NCBI RefSeq assembly: GCF_963921235.1
Contig: NC_086107.1
Coordinates: forward strand, 116,748,001-116,812,000
Length of the DNA: 64,000 bases
Origin: Mobula hypostoma
Taxonomy: Eukaryota
Reading direction: 5' to 3'
Positions 12,553-24,109 of this stretch are shown piece after piece. Position numbers and translations under genes: made by a program. Numbering within the stretch: position 1 is the first letter of the stretch; every line of letters starts with the position of its first letter. The notes under the pieces were generated by a model that did no database searches, had not been told where the DNA came from, and was given only the letters and a program-made list of their open reading frames with translations.

Positions 12553-14884
12553 GACTGGTTAGTATTCGAGGACTCAGCAGCTAACCTCGATGAGTATGCC
12601 TCAGCTGTAACGGACTTTATTTGGAAATGCACGGAGGACTGTGTGTCTAGCAAGACGAACCGAGTATTCCCTAACCGGAAACCTTGGATGAATTATGAGG
12701 TCAAGTCCCTTTTAAAGGCTAGAGCTGCAGCTTTTAGGTCTGGGGATACCAGTCGCTACACGGAATCCAGGCGTGAACTCCGGAAAGCCATTAAGGGTGC
12801 CAAGAGGCAATGTCGAGCCAAGTTGGAAGCCCAGGCTAATCAGAGGGATGCCAGTAGACTATGGCAGGGTCTAAGTGAGATCACTGGGCGCGAAGAAAAG
12901 GCTGGGAATATCAATAACTGTGGCGCTTATTCTACGCAAGATTCGAACAGGAGCGTCCCACTCCCTCCGGATGAACCAGACCTGGTGGCATCGAGATTCA
13001 TCGTCACCGAGGAGGATGTTAGAAGGGCATTCCTGAAGATAAATCCAAGGAAGGCGACGGATCCAGAAGGCGTCCTGGGACGGGTTCTCTGGGCCTGTGC
13101 AAGGGAGCTAGCTGGAGTGTTTGCTGACATCTTCAACTGCTCCTTGCTTCAGTCTAAGATCACCTCGTGTTTTAAGAAGGCAAAGATAATCCCAGTGCCG
13201 AAGAAGAGCAAGGTGGCATGTCTGAATGACTATTGACCTGTGGCTCTGACATCAATTGCTGTGAAGTGCTTCGAGAGATTGGTTTTGGCACACATCAACC
13301 ACAGCCTACCGGTCAACCTCGACGCTTTTCAATTCACCTACTGGAGCAACAGGTCAACGGAAGATGCCATCTCTCTGGTCCTACATTCCTCCTTAGAACA
13401 CCTGGAGAATAAAGACGCATACGTAAGGCTCCTTTTCATTGACTACAGCTCCGTCTTTAATACCATCATTCCAAATAAACTGATTCCTCAGCTCCGGAAC
13501 CTGGGCCTTAGCACTCAGATCTGCAGCTGGATCATCAACTTCCTCACAGACAGGACCCAGGCAGCATCTCTAGGAAGAGGTACAGTCGACGTTTCGGGCC
13601 GAGATTTTTCGTCAGGACTAACTGAAGGAAGAGCTAGTGGGCCCTCCCACTTTCAAATCTCTTACTAGCTCTTCCTTCAGTTAGTCCTGACGAAGGGTCT
13701 TGGCCCAAAACGTCGACTGTACCTCTTCCTAGAGATGCTGCCTGGCCTGCTGCGTTCACCGGCAACTTTGATGTGTGTTGCTTGAATTTCCAGCATCTGC
13801 AGAATTCCTCGTGTTTACATGTAAAAATAGGGGAGAAGCTCTCCTCTACAATCTCTCTGAGCACCGGTGCCCCACAAGGCTGTGCACTCAGCCCCCTGCT
13901 GTACTCACTGTACACCCATGATTGTGTAGCCAAGTTTCCATCAAACTCAATATATAAGTTTGCAGATGGCACAACAATTGTAGGCCGTATCTCGGGTAAT
14001 GATGAGTTTGAATACAGAGAGGAAATTAAGAACCTGGTGGCATGGTGCAAAGACAATAACCTATTCCTCAACGCCAGCAAGACGAAGGAATTGGTTCTTG
14101 ACTTCAGAAGGAGTAGCGGACCGCACGACCCAATTTACATCGGCGGTGAGGAAGTGGAACAGGTCAAAAGCTTTAAGTTCCTTGGGGTCAATATCACGAA
14201 TGACCTGACTTGGTCCAACCAAGCAGAGTTCAATGCCAAGAAGGCCCACCAGCACCTTTACTTCCTGAGAAAACTAAAGAAATTTGGCCTGTCCCCTAAA
14301 ACCCTCAATATTTTTATAGATGCACCGTAGGAAGCATTCTTCTAGGGTGCATCACAACCTGGTATGGAAGTTGTCCTGTCCAAGACCGAAAGAAGCTGCA
14401 GAAGATCGTGAACACGGCGCAGCACATCACACAAACCAATCTTCCGTCCGTGAACTCACTTTACACCGCACGCTGTTGGAGCAGTGCTGCCAGGATAATC
14501 AAGGACACGATCCACCCAGCCAACAGACTTTTCGTCCCTCTTCCCTCTGGGAGAAGGTTCAGGAGCTTGAAGACTTGTACGACCAGATTTGGGAACAGCT
14601 TCTTTCCAACTGTGATAAGACTGCTGAACGGATCCTGACCCGGATCTGGGCCGTACCCTCCAAATATCCGGACCTGCCTCTCGGTTTTTTTGCACTACCT
14701 TACTTCCCATTTTTCTATTTATGATTTATAATTTAAATTTTTAATATTTTCTAATTTTAACTATTTTTAATATCTTTAATATTTAATATTTGTAATCCAG
14801 GGAGTGTGAAGCGCAGAATCAAATATCGTTGTGATGATTGTACGTTCTAGTACCAATTGTTTGCCGACAATAAAGTATAAAGTA
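12553..14884 (+). mobile_element. Rex1/Babar LINE, 5'-truncated RT-bearing copy, inserted in a minus-strand CR1
   Basis: FPNRKPWM, IIPVPKK...[56 protein letters not shown]; tail CAATAAAGTATAAAGTA. CR1 sequence lies on both sides (about 12180-12552 and 14885-15060). Confidence 0.92.
13557..13815. mobile_element. Penelope-like short insertion with inverted arms and two hammerhead-like motifs
   Basis: Interrupts the Rex1 RT between FLTDRTQ and VKIGEKLS; the arm at about 13557-13637 is inverted relative to about 13666-13745. Confidence 0.8.
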
Positions 14885-15390
14885 CACACCAAAGAATAAA
14901 GTCTTTACCTATTAAACCCCTTCTTATAACTCAGGTCCTTAAGATTTAGCAAAATCCTTGTAAATTTTTTTTCAATGTTCCTTCAATCTTATTGACATCT
15001 TTCCTGTTGGTAGGTGACTGCAACAATCCAAACTTGGCCTTAACAACATCAACTCCTTATAGGTTAGAATCAGAATCAGGTTCAGAATCATTATCAATGG
15101 TACCTGTTGTGAAATTGGATGTTTTGTGGCAAGACAAAATTTTTTTATAAAGTTACAATGAGCAATTAAAAAAAATAGGTAGTGCAAAATGAGAACAAAA
15201 TCGTGAGTTAGTGTTCATTGACCATTCGCTCTTGAATGGTCCATGAACACTACCTCCCCCCTGACAGTAGTACTAAGAAGAGGGCACAGCTTGGATGGTG
15301 AGGGTGCTTAATGATGGATGCCACCTTCTTGATGCATCGCATATTGAAGATGTCTTTGATAGCAGAGAGGCTAGTTCCCATGATGGAGTA

Positions 15391-16170
15391 ACACACAAAA
15401 TGCTACAGGAATTCAGCAGGTCAAGCAGCATCTTTAGAAAAGAATAAACAGTTGACCTTTTGGGTCAAGACCCTCATCAGGAAAACAGGAAAGTAAGGGG
15501 CCAGAAGTCAGAATAATAGGGTGGGGAGGTGGGTAGGGAAAGAGTACAAGCTGGCCGGTGATTGGTGAAGCTAGGGGGTGAGAGGCGGATCAGTAAAAAG
15601 TTGGAAGATGACAGGGAGAAAAGGTAAAGGGCTGAGAAAGCAGTAATCTGATAGAACAGAAGAGTGTATCATGGAAGTAAGGGAAGGAGGAGGGGCCCTG
15701 GGGGAGGTTATAGGCATGTAACAAGAGAGGAAGTTAAGAGGGGAACCAGAGTGGAGAATGGAAGAAGAGGGGTGGGAGGGCGGAAAATTATCCTGTTAGA
15801 GAAACCAACATACATGCCATCATGTTGAAACTACCCAAACGTTGCTCCTCCAACCTGAGAGTGGCTTCATCGTGGCAGTAGAGGAGGCCGTGGACTGACA
15901 TGACTGAAAGGGAATGGGGACTGGAATTAAAATTACTGACCGGTAGGAAATCCTACTTGCTGCGCACGGAGAGAAGATGCTCCATGAAGCATCCTTCACC
16001 AATGTAGAGGAGGCCACATCTGTAGCACTGGATACAGTAGATGAGTCCAACAGATTCACAGGTGAAGTGTTGCTTCACCTGAAAGGACCTTGTGGGCCCA
16101 TGAATGGACGTGAGGGAGGAGGTGAAAGGGCAGGTGCAGCATGAGCTGGTTGGTCTGTCACCCTCTGGAG
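15391..16170 (-). mobile_element. Penelope-like element 3' part with GIY-YIG endonuclease remnant
   Basis: ORF 15953-16180 contains SFQVKQHFTCESVGLIYCIQCYRCGLLYIGE (GIY-YIG with CxxC); hammerhead-like motif at 15449-15482. Confidence 0.85.
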
Positions 16171-16639
16171 CTTTTCCCAATCCCGTGCATTGGAACCTTC
16201 ATACCAGGTCGTGACACAACCAGTAAGAATACTCTCCGTCGTGCATCCGCAGAAATTTGCTGGTCTCTGTTGACATACAAAACCTCCTCAGCCGTTTGTG
16301 AATTACAGCAGCTGGTATGCCTTCTTCATGACAGCAACCATATGCGGGGCCCAGGACAGACCCTCTGAGATGTCGACACACAGGAACTCAAGCCGTCTGG
16401 ATAAAGTGGCATCCCCCTGTAAATTTCCTGCAATCTTTTCTCCAGCTTAATTACACCCTTCCCAGAGCTGCACACAGTGACCAGCCTCACCAATGGCTTT
16501 TGCAGCAGGAAGCTGATATTCAGGCTCCTGTATTCAAGGAAGAGAGAGGGGGACAGTGAGAGAGCAGGGAGAACTGGGATGGTGAGAGAGAGCGGGGGGG
16601 GGGGAAAACGGGGACGGAGAGAGCGGGGAGGGAACGGGG

Positions 16640-19330
16640 AGGGGGAGAGAGAGCGGGGTGTGGACGGGGCCGGGGAGAGACGGGGTGTGGACGGGGCCGG
16701 GGAGAGACGGGGTGTGGACCGGGGCGGGGAGAGACGGGGTGTGGACCGGGGCGGGGAGAGACGGGGGGGTGGACCGGGGCGGGGAGAGACGGGGGTGGAC
16801 CGGGGCGGGGAGAGACGGGGGGGGGTGGACCGGGGTGGGCAGAACGGGGGGGGGGTGGACCGGGGCGGGCAGAGACGGGGGTGGACCGGGGCGGGGAGAG
16901 ACGGGGGGGGGGGTGGACCGGGGCAGGGAGAGACGGGGGGGGGTGGACCGGGGCGGGGAGAGACGGGGGGGTGGACCGGGGCGGGGAGAGACGGGGGGGG
17001 TGGACCGGGGCGGGGAGAGACGGGGGGGGTGGACCGGGGCGGGGAGAGACGGGGGGGGTGGACCGGGGCGGGGAGAGACGGGGGGGTGGACCGGGGCGGG
17101 GAGAGACCGGGGGGTGGACCGGGGCGGGGAGAGACCGGGGGGTGGACCGGGGCAGTGAAAGCGGGGGCGGGGTAAGAGCGGGGGGTGGACAGAGGTGGTG
17201 TGGGGGACGGGGGTGAGAGCGGGCGGGTGGACAGGGCGGGGTGAGCGGGGGGTGGACGGGGGCGGGGAGAGACGGGGGTGGACGGGGGCGGGGATAGACG
17301 GGGGTGGACGGGGGCGGGGAGAGGCGGGGGTGGACGGGGGCGGGGAGAGGCGGGGTGGACGGGGGCGGGGAGAGGCGGGGTGGACGGGGGCGGGGGGAGG
17401 CGGGGTAGACGGGGGCGGGGAGAGGCGGGGTAGACGGGGGTGGGGAGAGACGGGGTGAACGGGGGCGGGCAGAGACGGGGGTGAACGGGGGCGGGCAGAG
17501 ACGGGGGTGAACGGGGGCGGGGAGAGACGGGGGGGTGGACCGGGGCGGGGAGAGACGGGGGGTGGACCGGGGCGGGGAGAGACGGGGGGTGGACCGGGGC
17601 GGGGAGAGACGGGGGGGTGGACCGGGAGAGACGGGGGGGGGGGTGGACCGGGGCGGGGAGAGACGGGGGGGGGGGTGGACCGGGGCGGGGAGAGACGGGG
17701 GGGGTGGACCGGGGCGGGGAGAGACGGGGGGGGGTGGACCGGGGCGGGGAGAGACGGGGGGGGTGGACCGGGGCGGGGAGAGACGGGGGGGGTGGACCGG
17801 GGCGGGGAGAGACGGGGGGGGTGGACCGGGGCGGGGAGAGACGGGGGGGGTGGACCGGGGCGGGGAGAGACGGGGGGGGGTGGACCGGGGCGGGGAGAGA
17901 CGGGGGGGGGTGGACCGGGGCGGGGAGAGACGGGGGGGGTGGACCGGGGCGGGGAGAGACGGGGGGGGGTGGACCGGGGCGGGGAGAGACGGGGGGGGTG
18001 GACCGGGGCGGGGAGAGACGGGGGGGGGGGGACCGGGGCGGGGAGAGACGGGGGGGGGTGGACCGGGGCGGGGAGAGACGGGGGGGGGTGGACCGGGGCG
18101 GGGAGAGACGGGGGGGGGTGGACCGGGGCGGGGAGAGACGGGGGGGGGTGGACCGGGGCGGGGAGAGACGGGGGGTGGACCGGGGCGGGGAGAGACGGGG
18201 GGGGGGACCGGGGCGGGGAGAGACCGGGGGGTGGACCGGGGCAGTGAAAGCGGGGGCGGGGTAAGAGCGGGGGGTGGACAGAGGCGGTGTGGGGGACGGG
18301 GGTGAGAGCGGGCGGGTGGACAGAGGCGGTGTGGGGGACGGGGGTGAGAGCGGGCGGGTGGACAGGGCGGGGTGAGCGGGGTGTGGACGGGGGCGGGGAG
18401 AGACGGGGGGTGGACCGGGGCGGGGAGAGACGGGGGGTGGACCGGGGCGGGGAGAGACGGGGGTGAACGGGGGCGGGGAGAGACGGGGTGGACGGGGGCG
18501 GGGAGAGACGGGGTAGACGGGGGCGGGGAGAGACGGGGTAGACGGGGCGGGGAGAGACGGGGTAGACGGGGCGGGAGAGACGGGGTAGACGGGGGCGAAC
18601 GGGGGCGGGGAGAGACGGGGGCGAACGGGGGCGGGCAGAGACGGGGGGTGGACCGGGGCGGGGAGAGACGGGGGGTGGACCGGGGCGGGGAGAGACGGGG
18701 GGGTGGACCGGGGCGGGGAGAGACGGGGGGGGGGAACCGGGGCGGGGAGAGACGGGGGGGTGGACCGGGGCGGGGAGAGACGGGGGGGTGGACCGGGGCG
18801 GGGAGAGACGGGGGGGGGTGGACCGGGGCGGGGAGAGACGGGGGGGTGGACCGGGGCGGGGAGAGACGGGGGGGGTGGACCGGGGCGGGGAGAGACGGGG
18901 GGGGGTGGACCGGGGCGGGGAGAGACGGGGGGGGGGTGGACCGGGGCGGGGAGAGACGGGGGGGTGGACCGGGGCGGGGAGAGACGGGGGGGTGGACCGG
19001 GGCGGGGAGAGACGGGGGTGAACGGGGGCGGGGAGAGACGGGGGTGAACGGGGGCGGGGAGAGACGGGGGTGAACGGGGGCGGGGAGAGACGGGGTGAAC
19101 GGGGGCGGGGAGAGACGGGGGTGAACGGGGGCAGGGAGAGACGGGGTGAACGGGGGCAGGGAGAGACGGGGGTGGACTGGGGCGGGGAGAGATGGGGGTG
19201 AACGGGGGCAGGGAGAGATGGGGGTGAACGGGGCAGTGAAAGCGGGGGCGGGGTAAGAGCGGGGGTGTGGACAGAGGCGGTGTGGGGGATGGGGGTGAGA
19301 GCGGGCGGGTGGACGGGGCGGGGTGAGCAG
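16640..19330 (+). repeat. G-rich minisatellite, unit about 27-33 bp, GGTGGACCGGGGCGGGGAGAGACG(G)n
   Basis: Directly visible tandem array with variable G-run length. Confidence 0.97.
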
Positions 19331-21818
19331 GGGGTGGAGAGTGAGGAGGAAGGGAAATGAGGATGTGGTCTGAATGTTTACAGAAGGAGGAAGGGAGAGA
19401 GTAGAGAAAAGCCACAGAACCATCGTTAAACTGAAGCTATTTCAAGATGTTTCTCAACTTCTGTCCCTGTGCCCAATAACTCACAGCCGTCTCTGATGCT
19501 CCCTCACCACTCCTTGAGGTGGATCTGACTGCTCAGAAGTCAGCAAGACAATAAAACCTAAGAATTAGGTTTCTCGGTCCATTGCATCTGCCCCGCCATC
19601 CCATCATGGATGATTTATTATCCCTCAACCCCATTCTTCTGCCTTCTCCCCTTAACGTTTGACACCCTGATTAATCAAGGATCTATCAGTCTCTACCCTA
19701 AAATCCCCAATGACTTGGCCTGTAAAGGCTTCTCTGACAATGAATTCCACAAATTCACCACCCTCTGGCTAAAGAAATTACTCCTCACCTCTGTTCTAAA
19801 TGGATGTGACCTCTGGTTCTAGACTCCCCTAATACAGGGAACGTCCTCCTCCAGAGATCCTGCCAGGATCATGACCAATTACAACTTCTGTCCCTCAACT
19901 CCCTCTTGCCCCCATCCATTATTGACTCAACAGCACAGGTATCTCCTCATCGCTTCACACACCGCGTCCCTCACCCAACACTTACCCCATCCGACCCAAC
20001 AAAACTGGTATCTTCACACTGTTCCAACCCTTTCCCCCATCCCTCTTCCCTTCACCTGTCCTTTACACCCCTCTGACCTAACAAGCCAGAATCTCCTCAT
20101 TGCTCCACACCACCTCCAAAGCCTTCAAAGTATTTTTCCTATGTAAACACGTCACACCTGCTTTGCAGCACCATCTCCGGCTGGGGGCTGGAACTGAAGC
20201 TCGTCTTGCCAAAGTTGACAGTGATCCACCACGGCACGTCAGTACCTCCTACCTCCAATGCCCACCACCCCCCACCCCGTCCCGATCCGGCCCTCAAGCC
20301 ATGGAACAGTACAGCACAGGAATTGGCCCTTTGCCCTACAGTGTTGTGCTGAATTCATTCAAGTGCCCAACTCTAAAATGGGAATGTTATAGAGCTGGAT
20401 CATTATCTTGCAGCTCTTGAACTCAATCTCTTGACTACTGAAGGCCAACACACAATACACCTTTTTAACCACCTTCATATATGAGTGACACTGCAATTCC
20501 TGTACTGATGAGGTCAGCGTGCCAAATATCATCTTCACCGCCCTGTCTACCTGTGACTCCACTTTCAGGGAAGCACTTTCAGGGACCCCAGGTCCCTCTA
20601 ATATTCTCCTGTTTGCAGAATTTCTCCTTGCAGATAATCAGATTTTAGTATCCACTGCCCTGATAGAAAGATCCACTCTATATGTGCCTCTCTGTAAAGC
20701 CACCTGTCCAGTGTGAATACATAACCCAGCCCCCCAAGTCCCGCAACAGCCTCGCAAATCTCCTCTCTACTGTTTTTAGTTTCACGACATCTTTCCTGCA
20801 GAAGGGTGATCAAAACTGAACACAGTGTGGCCTCACAAACATCTCATACAACTGAAACAGAGCATCCCTACCCCTGTACTCAGGGCACCTTCTTCACCAC
20901 CCTGCCTATCTGTACCCAGTGTTCCAGCTGCCTTCCACCTCCATTCTCCTCTCCAATAACTCCGAATGACAGGACAAGGGAAGAAAGAGAGAAAATGAGA
21001 TCTTGTAGGTTTTCATTCCTTTTACTCCCTTCTCACTACAAAACACGCGAAGAAATTGGCAGATTGACAACTGTAGTGAGCTACACCCATCCCCCCATAC
21101 CCCCACCCCCTGAAAACTACTGGATGGCGGTGGGGGTGGGTGGGGAAGTCAATGGACAATCGGTTCTCAGCTTCACGACATGGGTCAATCAGATGGCTAA
21201 CTGGTCAGCCAGTTGGAAGGGGAGCTCCCTGGGCAGCCAGTCAATCAGAACTGGAGCTCTCCTGGCCTATGATTAACTGGGCAGGGAGAGCTGGTAAGGG
21301 AATAAGCCAATAAGAAGGGGAGCTCAGTTTGTAGTCAGCCAACGGAATGAGGAGCTCCTTCTGGGAAGGCGGCCAATCAGAGCCAGGGCAAAGCACAGTG
21401 AGGGCATGACTCGGTCAGACTGGGGCACTCAGAGGAGCCAGCCAATGGGGACGGGAGGGCAGCTGGGTAGCTCAGCATCCGATCCAACCCCCAGGGAGTG
21501 TTGGCCAGTTGACCATGAGCTGCCCTGGTGTGCCAGCCAATTGGATGGCTCGTCCTCCTGGAGGGAAACTGCTCATCTGATCGTAAAGAGGATTGAGGTC
21601 TGGGCTTGGTGCACCAGGTCAAGGGTCAGGACGTTCAGTTACGGTGGGGGGTACACAGAGTCAAGTTGGGAGCCACTTCAGGTCAGGGGTCAGGAGCCAC
21701 TGAGAGACTAGGGCAATGTGCTTGATGGGGTTTCACAAGGACAGGAGTCAGTATTAAGGGTCTGGGGAAGGGGGTCAAGCGGTGTCTGAGGTCAGTAGTT
21801 GATAGTTGGGGTCAGGGA

Positions 21819-22028
21819 TCACTCAGGGATATCGATGACTAGGTCATCATCACCATCGATGGGCTCATCCTCACTGCCTTCACCAGTGGTGCTAAACATC
21901 TGATGGGGGACAGTGCTGAGGATGGTGGCAGGAGGCAGCTTGGATGAGAGGGCAGGGAGAGGGTCCGGGGGGCCTGAGAACGGGAGGCTCACAGAACCCG
22001 GGGGGCTGGAACGTAGTGAGGCTGGAAG
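21819..22028 (-). CDS. INO80E: INO80E last coding exon ([11 protein letters not shown]...[17 protein letters not shown]...[12 protein letters not shown])
   Basis: CAG acceptor at 22029-22031, TGA at 21819-21821; diagnostic C-terminus TILSTVP.QMFS...[12 protein letters not shown]. Confidence 0.96.
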   Translation of the reverse strand, partial: LPASLRSSPPGSVSLPFSGPPDPLPALSSKLPPATILSTVPHQMFSTTGEGSEDEPIDGDDDLVIDIPE

Positions 22029-22059
22029 CTGGGGGTTGAGGTGTAGGGAGTGAGAGAGA

Positions 22060-22640
22060 GTGGGGCAGGAGACGGGGGAAAACAGGGCAGGGGATGGGGG
22101 AAAACAGGGTAGGGGACGGGGGAGACGGGGCAGGGAACGAGTGGGGTAGGGGACGGGGAGATGGGGCAGGGGATGAGTGGGGTAGGGGACGGGGAGATGG
22201 GGCAGGGGACGAGTGGGGTAGGGGACGGGGAGATGGGGCAGGGGACGGGGAGATGGGGCAGGGGACGAGTGGGGTAGGGGCAGGGGACGAGTGGGGTAGG
22301 GGCAGGGGAGACGGGGCAGGGGACGAGTGGGGTAGGGGATGGGGAGACGGGGCAGGGGACGGGGAGACGGGGCAGGGGATGGGGGAGACGGGGCAGGGGA
22401 CGGGGAGACGGGGCAGGGGACGGGGAGACGGGGCAGGGGACGGGGAGACGGGGCAGGGAACGAGTGGGGTAGGAGACGGGGAGGTGAGGTGGGGGTAGGA
22501 GACGGGGAGGTGAGGTGGGGGTAGGAGACGGGGAGGTGAGGTGGGGTGGGGTGAGGTGAGGTGGGGTGGGGTGAGGTGAGGTGAGGTGGGGTGGGGGGAG
22601 GTGAGGTGGGGTGGGGGTGGGAGACGGGGAGGTGGGGGGA
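22060..22640 (+). repeat. G-rich tandem repeat in the last INO80E intron (GGGGACGGGGAGAYGGGGCA / GAGTGGGGTA / GGTGA units)
   Basis: Directly visible. Confidence 0.9.
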
Positions 22641-23486
22641 AGGAGAGAGAGAGACACACACATAGAATTAAAGAACATCTGTACTCGCTCACAGAACACA
22701 ATGTCACTGAGAATCAGTGGTGCAGCTGAGGCACCTCATTTCCCCCTATTCTTTTACTTTGCCTGTGTCCCACTCAACCCTCCCAATCTCTATGTGTCCT
22801 TCATTCCTGCTCCCCTACTATACCCATTTCTGTCCCCACCATCCCGTCTCCTTCCCCACTCCTCTCAATGACCATACTCTCTCCTCCTCCCGAACCCCTT
22901 CCTCTTCCACATCACTTCCTCTCTCCCCACCCCCCGTACTCTACTCCACTCCGCCCTCATTCCTTCTCCACCATTCCCCACTCCACCCTCATTCCCTCTC
23001 CATCCCCTCCCTCATTCCCCCTCCACCCTCATTCCCTCTCCACCCCCTCCCTCATTCCCTCTCCACCCCTCCACCCTCATTCCTCCACCTTCATTCCCTC
23101 ACCACCCTCCACCCTCACTCCCTATCTCTCCTACTACCACGCTCTGAATTGTCTTTCCTCCCTGGTCTCACTCCCTTCCCCTCCTTCCTCCCAACCCTAT
23201 CTCAACTCTCTTTGCCCTCTCCCTACATCTCCCTCCCTCATTCAAGTCTCACCTATCCTCAACTTATCCTCTCTCCATTCCTCACCCTCCTTCACACTCT
23301 TCTTCCCTTGTTCCTGACTCTCTTTCTTCAAATTACTTTATCCCTCCATCTTTCCCACACACTCCCCCACCCAAACATTCTCTCTGGACCCTTTCAACTT
23401 GTCCCCACTCCCCTTGTCTCTCCATCCCTCACCTACTTGATCCTCCCTCCCTCACCCCTCAGTCCCTCCCACCCTCTCCAGCCTAC

Positions 23487-23648
23487 CTTGCACCTCTTGC
23501 CTTTGGGGGGCTTGCCTCTCTTCTCACGTTTGCCCCGGTCGCCACGAGTGCAGGGGAGGGGGCCGGTGGGGGTTGCAGGGGCTCCCTGGGGATCTGCATA
23601 CGCGGAGAGGTACTCACTGGGGAACTGGGTGAAGTTTGGCGAGCCCAC
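23487..23648 (-). CDS. INO80E: INO80E coding exon 6 (VGSPNFTQFPSEYLSAYADPQG...GKREKRGKPPKGKRCK)
   Basis: CAG acceptor, GTAGG donor, 162 nt, phase 0 to 0; FPSEYL and KREKR motifs correspond to mammalian FPSDYL...KREKR. Confidence 0.9.
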
Positions 23649-23845
23649 CTGTCAATAACACATGGGGGTGAGTGCAGGAACAGACGGGGAGAGGGGATAT
23701 GGGGCGTGGGGTGGGGGGGGGGCGGATGATGGCGTTAGGGACAGAGGGACGTTGGGACAGACAGTGTTGGGGTTTAAGTGTGGGACAGATGGACAGGTGG
23801 AGAGATGGGGGAAAAGAGATTGGTGGCAGACGTTTCTGTACTCAC

Positions 23846-23969
23846 CGTGCCGAGGTAAGGGGATTGTGTTGGGGTGGTACTCCGTGATGCTGGGTACCCT
23901 AGGCTGGGCTGCAGCGACAGGGAAGTGGGTGATGTTGATGCTGAACCCCCGAGCGGTGGACTCCTCTTC
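23846..23969 (-). CDS. INO80E: INO80E coding exon 5 (KKRSPPLGGSASTSPTSLSLQPSLGYPASRSTTPTQSPYLGT)
   Basis: CAG acceptor, GTGAG donor, 124 nt, phase 2 to 0; KRSPPLGG and SPYL motifs. Confidence 0.95.
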
Positions 23970-24109
23970 CTGGGAGGGGTGGAATAGACCCTGGTCAGTG
24001 AACAGGGAAGTATCAGGGAGGGAATCTCTCCACTCACATGGCTATCTTAGCGGTATCTCTCACTCACACACACACAGAACAGGTATCTCTCTGTCTTTTG
24101 CTCTCTCAT

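Noticed and set aside
16326..19423. 1029-aa and 967-aa Pro-rich ORFs and Gly/Arg-rich antisense ORFs
   Set aside because: They are translations of a stop-free G/C minisatellite, open in several frames on both strands, with no domain signal.
21819..22707. 236-280-aa Pro-rich ORFs as single-exon genes
   Set aside because: Only the last 69 codons of the 280-aa ORF (from the acceptor at 22028) are INO80E; the rest is intronic tandem repeat.
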